From: Bdellovibrionales bacterium
Lineage (GTDB): Bacteria; Bdellovibrionota; Bdellovibrionia; Bdellovibrionales; UBA1609
DNA length: 32,000 bases
NCBI GenBank assembly: GCA_965247685.1
Contig: OZ252021.1
Span: forward strand, 900,001 to 932,000
Reading direction: 5' to 3'
In this document: positions 25,820-32,000 of the stretch, in pieces
Position numbering within the stretch: position 1 is the stretch's first letter
Layout: every line of letters starts with the position of its first letter
Notes under the pieces: generated by a model
What the model was told of the DNA's origin: nothing
What the model saw: the letters and a program-made list of their open reading frames with translations, nothing else
Databases searched by the model: none
Position numbers and translations under genes: made by a program

Positions 25820-27079
25820 ATGGTGAATGTGCTTTGGATATATTCCCTCCTCTTGATTTCTTATTTTGCTCTAGCTCAAAATGGCAGTGATTGGGAGGTT
25901 TTGAAAAAAAAATTAAAAAATCGCCCTGCTGTGTTGATGTCTCAAACAATGAATCGAAAGATTTCACGGGTACATCGGTTAATCTCTAAAAAGAATTTGA
26001 AGTCTGTAGAAAAAGCTCAGAGTATTTTAATGGGTATTACGAAATCTTCTTTTTTAGGTTACGAGAAGGCTGAAGCTTATCGATTGCTTGGAATGAGTGC
26101 TATTCATCAGAAAGAGTTTAATTCGTCTATTCGTTTTTTTAAAAAATCAATGGATTTTAATACGTTGAGTTATCAACAGTATTTGGATGTCATTTTAATT
26201 CTCTCTCAAATCCATTTGAACCTTAAAGAACCTCAATCAAAAAAGAAAGCTCAAAAATATTTACAACAGTGGTTTGCTCTTTCAGATAAACCAAAACCCA
26301 AGGCGTATGCTTTGATGGGTTATATTTACTATATGCAAGATAATAAAAAGAAAGCTCTGGAGGAAATTCAAAAGGCTATTTCATTTTCAACAAAACCCAA
26401 GAAACAATGGCTGGGTGTGGCAGTGAACATTCATTTAGAGTTGAAGAATTATGAACTAGCTGAAAAACTGCTTCATCGATTGCTTACTTTGTATCCAGAT
26501 TCGCAGTCTCACTGGAGGCAACAATCGAATGTATTTTTTAATATAGGTGATAATAAAAAAGCTTTAGCTTCTTATCAACTTGCCCACAAGGTGAAGCCTT
26601 TTAAAAAGGAAAGAGTCTTAAAAGAATTATCGAATTTTTTGAATATGCAGGGTATTCCTTTTAAAGCAGCAAAGAATTGGCAACAGGCTCTTAAAGAAAA
26701 AAAGGCTAAAGAGACTTCGAAACATTATAGTTATTTAGGGGATCTTTGGAGTAAGTCGGAAGAAATAGAAAAGGCTATAGAGGCCTATAAAAAGGCGATT
26801 TTTTTACCTGACACAAGCCCTGTGGTTTATGTGAAGCTGAGCAGCCTTTATTTCTTATGGCAGAAGTGGAGAAAGGGTGTTGAAGTTTTAGAAAAAGCTT
26901 TGAGCATGGATAATGATATTGAAAATAAAGATGGACTTTATGTGCAAGTCGGTTTTGCTTATTATTATTTGAAAGAGTATCAGAAATCTTTGCATTATTT
27001 TTACAAAGCTGAAAAAATTCGAGGGGATAACGAGATTACTGCTCGCCAATGGATTCGACAAGTTAAGCAATATCTCTAG
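25820..27079 (+). CDS. secreted tetratricopeptide-repeat protein
   Basis: Signal-like MVNVLWIYSLLLISYFALA, then repeated 34-residue A/Y/L helical-pair patterns (for example AEAYRLLGMSAIHQKEFNSSIRFFKKSMDF and YSYLGDLWSKSEEIEKAIEAYKKAIFL). The track's GTG 25784 start is possible; ATG 25820 gives a cleaner signal peptide. Confidence 0.78.
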   Translation: MVNVLWIYSLLLISYFALAQNGSDWEVLKKKLKNRPAVLMSQTMNRKISRVHRLISKKNLKSVEKAQSILMGITKSSFLGYEKAEAYRLLGMSAIHQKEFNSSIRFFKKSMDFNTLSYQQYLDVILILSQIHLNLKEPQSKKKAQKYLQQWFALSDKPKPKAYALMGYIYYMQDNKKKALEEIQKAISFSTKPKKQWLGVAVNIHLELKNYELAEKLLHRLLTLYPDSQSHWRQQSNVFFNIGDNKKALASYQLAHKVKPFKKERVLKELSNFLNMQGIPFKAAKNWQQALKEKKAKETSKHYSYLGDLWSKSEEIEKAIEAYKKAIFLPDTSPVVYVKLSSLYFLWQKWRKGVEVLEKALSMDNDIENKDGLYVQVGFAYYYLKEYQKSLHYFYKAEKIRGDNEITARQWIRQVKQYL

Positions 27080-27093
27080 TGAGTTTTTTCTAG

Positions 27094-27165
27094 ATGGGGC
27101 GGCAGGATTCGAACCTGCGAATGACAGAATCAAAATCTGTTGGCTTACCGCTTGCCGACGCCCCA
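27094..27165 (-). tRNA. tRNA-Gln (anticodon UUG)
   Basis: The minus strand reads TGGGGCG TC GGC..GCC ACAGA TT-TTG-AT TCTGT CATTC GCAGG TTCGAAT CCTGC CGCCCCA. It has a 7-bp acceptor stem, a 5-bp anticodon stem with a 7-nt loop (U33, anticodon TTG, A37) and a canonical T-arm GCAGG/TTCGAAT/CCTGC. The U1-A72 pair is typical of tRNA-Gln. CCA is not encoded. Confidence 0.9.
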
Positions 27166-27229
27166 ATAGATTTCATTAACTCTACTGAATTTTTTATTCA
27201 TCGTCTATAAAAGAATTAAGTTATTTTTA

Positions 27230-29260
27230 TTATATTGTTTTTTCAACAAAAACTTTTCTTCCTTTCAAAAGATAAGAAAACTTTTGTTCATCCGCAGATA
27301 AGTGTGCTTCTGGGTCTGTTCCAGAATGGACATTTTTCAGCCGAAGATGTCCTGAACGTAACCCACCAAGATACCATCTTTGATCTGACAGATAGACTTG
27401 ATCTCCTATTTGAGCGCATAATTGATCGCACACGGATTGAGACAGTTTAATATCTCCTCTGTTCATGCTCGGATCGATTTTGAGGGTTAGATTTTTTACC
27501 TTTTGTCCTTTTTTTAAATTTGGTTCTTTGTTCCCTTTATATTTAAACATTGCTTGAGCGAGTGTGCCGGCGGTAAGACCGTCGATGTTTTTATCCACTC
27601 CTTGGAGGAAGAGCAGAATGATGCGATCTTTTACTTTAAGAATTCTATTTTTAATGATTTGCATTTGTGACACATCAAGGTTTTCATAGTATGAGTGGTA
27701 TCGAGATTCTACTTCCTTTTTCAAAGCCACAGCTTTAGAATGAGGAAAACACCACTGACATATTGTGCCGGATAGAGCTGTAAATAAAACTCCAAACGGC
27801 GCTCTAAAGTAAATAATTCTTCCCTCTCCTACAGGACCAAGAAGAAATTCTCGTAGCCAGTAAACAGGTTCTGGATATACGATGGTGAACCACATACACA
27901 AAATACCCATACACATAGAGACACAAGCTGATAGAGAGTGGAAATTTTTCCAGAGCAATCCTAAAAAGATAGTGGTTACAACAGGAGGAATAATCAGCAT
28001 AATTCCTTTATAATGAATAGCCATTAGAGTTCCTTGTTGACGAGTAAACCAGATGACAAGAAGTACGCCAGCAAATACTACGATAGCAGAAAATACACGC
28101 GCCACTCGAAGATAATGTCGATCACTTGCTATAGGACGAATAAGAGGTTTATAGATATCATAGATACCGATAGCTGTTGCAGCATTCACAAGGGAGTCCA
28201 CTGTGGACATTAGTGCAGCGATAATAGCTGCGAAAACAAAGCCCATAAGCCACGGGTTACTTTGAATAACAAAATAAGTTGTTTCAAAAAATGTGTGGTG
28301 TGAATTTACAATATTCAGGGTGTCTGGTCCTGTCAAACCAAGGGCTGCTTGTTTAGATACGATAGACTTTGCAATCCACCCCATTGCTCCAATAAAGAGT
28401 GCACTCAAGGGGACGGTCACTATAATATTAGAGAGCGCAGCGATGCGGGCATGCTGTACATTTCTTACAGTCAAAAACCTCATTAGGAATCCTTGGTTCA
28501 TATAGATAAAGGCGATGCTGGCAACTAGAGAGTCTGCCCAAAAAATTCCTACGGTATTGTAATTAACATTCGAGTTAAAAGGAGCTAACGGCGCTCTATG
28601 AGCTATAGGAAGATAACTCCAAAAATCCTCCAAACCTCCCAAGGTATAAAGGCCGTATCCAATGACCATAATTCCTAATAAATAGAGCATAAGTCCTTGA
28701 AAAACATCTGTAAATATGACGGCTGTTTGTCCACCTAAAGAGACATAGATTCCAAGCAAAGATGCGACAATGGGAATGGAAATATACATGGGGATGCTAA
28801 AAAAACCTTCTATAGCAACCCCTAGAGTAAATAAGTTAAACCCAATGTAGAAAAATATGTAAGCTAGTATGATAAATACCGAGATATATCGAGCTGTAGA
28901 GTTATATCTTCTTTCAAAATATTCAGGTATAGATTTAATTTTGTTGAAGTATAAAATAGGTATCCAAGCAAAGATAAATACGGTGAATAAAAACCAATCA
29001 TTAAAGTAAATGTGGGTGCTACTGAGTCCAGTTGTGAACCCTTGTTCAGAATATTTCATATAACTATAAGCACCAATGCCTGTCGCAGTGAGACTGGCTA
29101 AAGGAAGCCACCAAGAAAGCCTTTGTCCACTATAGAAAAAATCATTGATGTTCGAGCTAAAGCGAGAAAAATAAATACCAATAGACATGATGACTACAAA
29201 GTATATGCAAAGGACAACTCCAATAACGATCAGTGTTTCTTGAGAAAGAGTAAAACTCAT
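27230..29260 (-). CDS. sodium:solute symporter (SSF) family transporter with a roughly 170-aa C-terminal soluble extension
   Basis: 676 aa. About 13 hydrophobic segments over the first 500 or so aa, with an SSF-like N-terminus (FFYSGQRLSWWLPLASLTATGIGAYSY). These are followed by a hydrophilic, K/R-rich tail with no TM segments. Confidence 0.88.
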   Translation of the reverse strand: MSFTLSQETLIVIGVVLCIYFVVIMSIGIYFSRFSSNINDFFYSGQRLSWWLPLASLTATGIGAYSYMKYSEQGFTTGLSSTHIYFNDWFLFTVFIFAWIPILYFNKIKSIPEYFERRYNSTARYISVFIILAYIFFYIGFNLFTLGVAIEGFFSIPMYISIPIVASLLGIYVSLGGQTAVIFTDVFQGLMLYLLGIMVIGYGLYTLGGLEDFWSYLPIAHRAPLAPFNSNVNYNTVGIFWADSLVASIAFIYMNQGFLMRFLTVRNVQHARIAALSNIIVTVPLSALFIGAMGWIAKSIVSKQAALGLTGPDTLNIVNSHHTFFETTYFVIQSNPWLMGFVFAAIIAALMSTVDSLVNAATAIGIYDIYKPLIRPIASDRHYLRVARVFSAIVVFAGVLLVIWFTRQQGTLMAIHYKGIMLIIPPVVTTIFLGLLWKNFHSLSACVSMCMGILCMWFTIVYPEPVYWLREFLLGPVGEGRIIYFRAPFGVLFTALSGTICQWCFPHSKAVALKKEVESRYHSYYENLDVSQMQIIKNRILKVKDRIILLFLQGVDKNIDGLTAGTLAQAMFKYKGNKEPNLKKGQKVKNLTLKIDPSMNRGDIKLSQSVCDQLCAQIGDQVYLSDQRWYLGGLRSGHLRLKNVHSGTDPEAHLSADEQKFSYLLKGRKVFVEKTI

Positions 29261-29580
29261 AAGACACCTTTATAAGGCAGATTCAGTGCGAGCCATGTCC
29301 ATACACCGTGTCCGATAAAGAGAAAGCAAAATCCGATCGTCACCACAATACAAAAAAATCGATCCGAAGCGTAAGAAAGATTGATAGCTTTAAGACGAAT
29401 GAGAAGTATCATAGTGAAAATGTAGATGGGCACACCTAATCCGTAGAAATAGATATAACTCATCCAAGGGTTATGAGGACCTATATGGTGAAGAATATAT
29501 TTTAAAAGGGTCAGCAAAAATAAAAATATAAAGAGAGCTGAAGCAATCGGAAATAACTTTTTCATAAAGGTGAGCTTCAT
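29257..29580 (-). CDS. small integral membrane protein, putative symporter accessory subunit
   Basis: About 107 aa with three hydrophobic segments. Its stop overlaps the symporter ATG (ATGA). This arrangement is analogous to the DUF485/DUF4212 small subunits found upstream of SSF transporters. Family membership was not verified. ATG 29580 is preferred over TTG 29583. Confidence 0.6.
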   Translation of the reverse strand: MKLTFMKKLFPIASALFIFLFLLTLLKYILHHIGPHNPWMSYIYFYGLGVPIYIFTMILLIRLKAINLSYASDRFFCIVVTIGFCFLFIGHGVWTWLALNLPYKGVL

Positions 29581-29743
29581 CAAAAGTAGCCTTTATAATG
29601 GTTTATGTTTCACACTTCATAACATAAAATAAAAACATTTAGAAGATATTCTTTTCTTTTAATCCATAATGTTTAAAATTAAAGATCTGTAAGATTGTTC
29701 AATATAATAGGACTTAAGGAAATTTTTGGCTTTAGGGCGTTCC

Positions 29744-29772
29744 TTGACAACTCTTTAAGGAGTATCTAGACT
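29744..29772 (+). promoter_or_regulatory. candidate sigma70-type promoter for the M16 peptidase pair
   Basis: TTGACA (29744..29749), a 17-nt spacer, then TAGACT (29767..29772). This would place the transcription start only a few nt before ATG 29784, giving a near-leaderless mRNA. It is a pattern match only. Confidence 0.3.
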
Positions 29773-29783
29773 CCAAATTTCCT

Positions 29784-31175
29784 ATGAAATCAAAATTATT
29801 GGCTTCTTATATTCTTATTTGTGTTTTATTATTCCTAGTAGTTTGGGGTTGTTTTTTGATCTTTAAAACCCAAGCTCCAGAAGAAAACAAGCAAAGCGCT
29901 TCATTGAATAAAGAGTCTGAAAAAATGTTTACAATAAACTTTAAAGTCGAAAAATACAAACTAGAAAACGGGCTCACTGTTTTACTTCATGAGGATTTCA
30001 GAGCTCCTTTAGTGAACTATCAGACTTGGTATCGAGTGGGTGGACAAGATGATCCAAAAGGGCAAACTGGTATAGCCCATTTGTTTGAGCATTTGACTTT
30101 TCGTGAAACCAGTAAGAGGGACGGCAAAGATTTTTTAAAAGAAGTTGAGTCTAAAGGGATTGGCTACAACGCTTATACTTCTTTTGATGAAACAGTTTAT
30201 TATTTTAATCTCCCTCCTCTAGAACTGGAATTTATTGCTGAGTTAGAGTCTGAACGTATGGTGGATATTGTGATTAATCAGAAAAACTTAAAACTCGAAC
30301 AAGAGATTGTAAAAGAAGAACGGCTCTTGCGAGTTGAGAATAGACCTCAAAATATTTGGATCGATTTATTTGAGATGATATTCATGAAAAGTCAGTATCG
30401 CCAGCCTGTGATTGGGTATAAAAAAGATATTGATAGTATAACAGTCCAAAATTGTTTAGACTTTTACAATACATTTTATTCTCCTAATAATGCGATACTC
30501 GTGATTACAGGTCCGATCGATATTTCCAATACGAAAAAAATTGTTGAAAAATATTATGGTCATTTGAAACCAGCTCAACTGCCTGCAAAAAACTATCCTG
30601 TGGAACCTCAGCAAAAAAAGACTCGGTTTGAAAAACTTGTTCGATCGGTTCAAACACCATCTTTAGCTATAGCTTATCCAACAGTTCCTGTGGATTCAGT
30701 GGATAATTATGCTTTAGATATATTAAATTTTATCTTAGGAGGAGGGCAAGCGAGTCGATTGCATCAACTTCTTGTCGAGAGCAAGCTAGCTCTTTCTGTT
30801 TCATCTTTTTCGTCTCCTATGGAGAATGCGGGCGTGATGATTGTTTCTACAAATCTTCATCCTCAAATTTCTTTAAATAAGGTTCAGGAAATTATTTTGA
30901 ATGAGATTCAAAAAATAAGAACACATAATATTTCCGAAGAAGAGCTTGCTCGTGCGCGAACCAATATTATTAAGTTTCATGTGGATTCTTTAAAGACGGC
31001 TGAGGGTAAGGGTTCGCTGCTTGGTTCTTATGAAAGATCTTATGGTCGCTATGATCGTTTGTTCCAAGAGCTGGAATATTACAGCAAAGTCAAGCGGAGT
31101 GATATTCAAAGAGTGGCTCAAAAGTATCTCAGCTCCCATCAACAAAATATTATACAGTTGGACACAAGAAAATGA
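29784..31175 (+). CDS. M16 (pitrilysin) family zinc peptidase, catalytic-type subunit
   Basis: 463 aa with an N-terminal signal/anchor. The inverted zincin motif HLFEH (HxxEH) is at nt 30078..30092, with a downstream EE-containing segment (VKEERLLRVEN). Confidence 0.9.
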   Translation: MKSKLLASYILICVLLFLVVWGCFLIFKTQAPEENKQSASLNKESEKMFTINFKVEKYKLENGLTVLLHEDFRAPLVNYQTWYRVGGQDDPKGQTGIAHLFEHLTFRETSKRDGKDFLKEVESKGIGYNAYTSFDETVYYFNLPPLELEFIAELESERMVDIVINQKNLKLEQEIVKEERLLRVENRPQNIWIDLFEMIFMKSQYRQPVIGYKKDIDSITVQNCLDFYNTFYSPNNAILVITGPIDISNTKKIVEKYYGHLKPAQLPAKNYPVEPQQKKTRFEKLVRSVQTPSLAIAYPTVPVDSVDNYALDILNFILGGGQASRLHQLLVESKLALSVSSFSSPMENAGVMIVSTNLHPQISLNKVQEIILNEIQKIRTHNISEEELARARTNIIKFHVDSLKTAEGKGSLLGSYERSYGRYDRLFQELEYYSKVKRSDIQRVAQKYLSSHQQNIIQLDTRK

Positions 31176-32000
31176 TTCAAGAAATCAGAAATATCCTTTA
31201 TTGTATTTTATGTATGATGATTGCACCTTCGGCATTTGCTTTTAAAGAAAAACCTAAGAAGTTCACCTTATCCAATGGTTTGAAGGTATATTTGCTTTAC
31301 GACGAGAGCCTTCCATACTTCGGGTTAGAGTTGTTAACTCCTATAGGAAGTATTAAAGATCCTCGATCGAAAGGAGGTTTATCTTATGTTTTATCTGAGT
31401 CTATTTCAAGAGGAACGGCTTCTCGATCAGCACAGGATATTTCTAAAGAGTTAGAACAATTAGGTTCTCAGTTCTTTTCTATGACATCAAAAGATTATAC
31501 CATTTTTTCAGCTGAGACTTTATCGTGGAATACAGAAAAATTGCTCAGTATTTTTAGTGATATTCTTCTTCAGCCTCAATTTGATCCTAAAGAAATTGAA
31601 TTTATTAAAAATCAAACTTTATCTCTCATTGAAAAACAACCGGAATCTTCTTCTGTTTTTGCAAATAATATTATGACTCAGATTCTTTTTGAAAACTCTC
31701 CTTATGAGCATAGTTTTTTTGGTCATAAAAAATCGATAAAAAACATTCAGGCTTCGGATGTTCGAGAGCATTACAAAAAACACTTTCAACCTCAAAATTC
31801 TGTTTTAGGTGTGACTGGTCGTTATCCGAAGGATATTAAGAAAAAGTTGGAAAAGTTTTTAGGAGCGTGGACTTCTGAGGCCCAAAATAAAAAATGGTTT
31901 TTTGAAAAATGGTTCAGGGGTACACCGGATATTTTAGTGCCAGTATCCACCCAGCAGCAGTGGACTCAGGGGAAATATATGATTGTTCATCGTGATAAGC
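31172..32000 (+). CDS. M16 family peptidase-like protein lacking the HxxEH motif (non-catalytic partner), 3'-truncated by the window edge
   Basis: This ORF is not in the supplied track because it has no stop in the window. ATG 31172 overlaps the upstream stop (ATGA) and the frame stays open to 32000. Translation is MIQEIRNILYCILCMMIAPSAFA FKEKPKKFTLSNGLKVYLLYDESLPYF... with M16 N-domain colinearity, but LSYVLSESISRG replaces HxxEH. Confidence 0.8.
   Translation, partial: MIQEIRNILYCILCMMIAPSAFAFKEKPKKFTLSNGLKVYLLYDESLPYFGLELLTPIGSIKDPRSKGGLSYVLSESISRGTASRSAQDISKELEQLGSQFFSMTSKDYTIFSAETLSWNTEKLLSIFSDILLQPQFDPKEIEFIKNQTLSLIEKQPESSSVFANNIMTQILFENSPYEHSFFGHKKSIKNIQASDVREHYKKHFQPQNSVLGVTGRYPKDIKKKLEKFLGAWTSEAQNKKWFFEKWFRGTPDILVPVSTQQQWTQGKYMIVHRDK

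Noticed and set aside
27094-27165. tRNA-Gln as a possible integration hotspot or genomic island border
   Set aside because: There is no integrase, no direct repeat of the tRNA 3' end and no obviously foreign genes on either side. The neighbours are a TPR protein and a transporter of similar composition.
26888-27166. 92-aa minus-strand ORF spanning the TPR gene end and the tRNA
   Set aside because: Its 5' part is the tRNA-Gln gene itself and the rest is antisense to the TPR gene. It is not coding.
27235-28505. Plus-strand ORFs 27235..27450 and 28293..28505 inside the symporter gene
   Set aside because: Antisense shadows of a well-supported 676-aa transporter frame.
30456-31245. ORFs 30456..30653 (-) and 31021..31245 (+) in the M16 region
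   Set aside because: These are antisense or alternative-frame shadows. The real second M16 gene is in another frame, starting at 31172.
5637-31370. The CGATCG palindrome seems frequent (about a dozen by eye, for example near 6350, 7645, 9405, 9563, 13312, 23948, 29336, 30505, 30643 and 31365; one is GCGATCGC at about 5637) for AT-rich DNA
   Set aside because: The eye count was not statistically tested. Nearly all copies are inside genes and can be explained by preferred CGA/TCG/ATC codon combinations. A genome-wide k-mer over-representation test with a codon-shuffled null would be needed before claiming a HIP1-like or methylation-related signal.
1-32000. A search for defence, toxin-antitoxin, prophage, secretion-system or biosynthetic gene clusters
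   Set aside because: I found no nuclease, helicase, methylase, Cas, integrase, phage structural, ATPase-secretion or PKS/NRPS signatures in any of the long ORFs. Apart from the two blocks described in the findings, the window is ordinary core genome.

Overview
AT-rich (by eye about one-third G+C, not computed) chromosomal segment from a diderm bacterium. Gene content and style loosely suggest a Bdellovibrionota/Oligoflexia-like organism, but that is only a guess. Most of the window is housekeeping. It holds a nucleotide-salvage group (prs, rph, rdgB, hpt) and the 5' half of a dcw cell-wall cluster (rsmH-ftsL-ftsI-murE-murF-mraY-murD) that has no mraZ and stops after murD. It also holds dprA, a small ferredoxin, cysS, a TPR protein, tRNA-Gln(UUG), a sodium:solute symporter with a small membrane partner, and an active/inactive M16 peptidase pair. 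Two blocks are not housekeeping. The first (12.6-16.3 kb) pairs a secreted LysM protein carrying a polyacidic tail with an orphan response regulator built as REC-DUF4388/PATAN-J domain-TPR. The second (17.6-24.0 kb) is a putative outer-membrane beta-barrel translationally coupled to a 1,730-aa Cys-rich lipoprotein in which I recognise no known domain; this is the best candidate for something undescribed. The window also has a notable number of perfect or near-perfect tandem duplications (74, 23, 39, 51 and 12 bp units), two of them at gene boundaries (ftsL/ftsI and the dprA start). I saw no transposase, integrase, CRISPR array, rRNA or recognisable defence system. All calls come from reading motifs and synteny by eye; no database search was possible.
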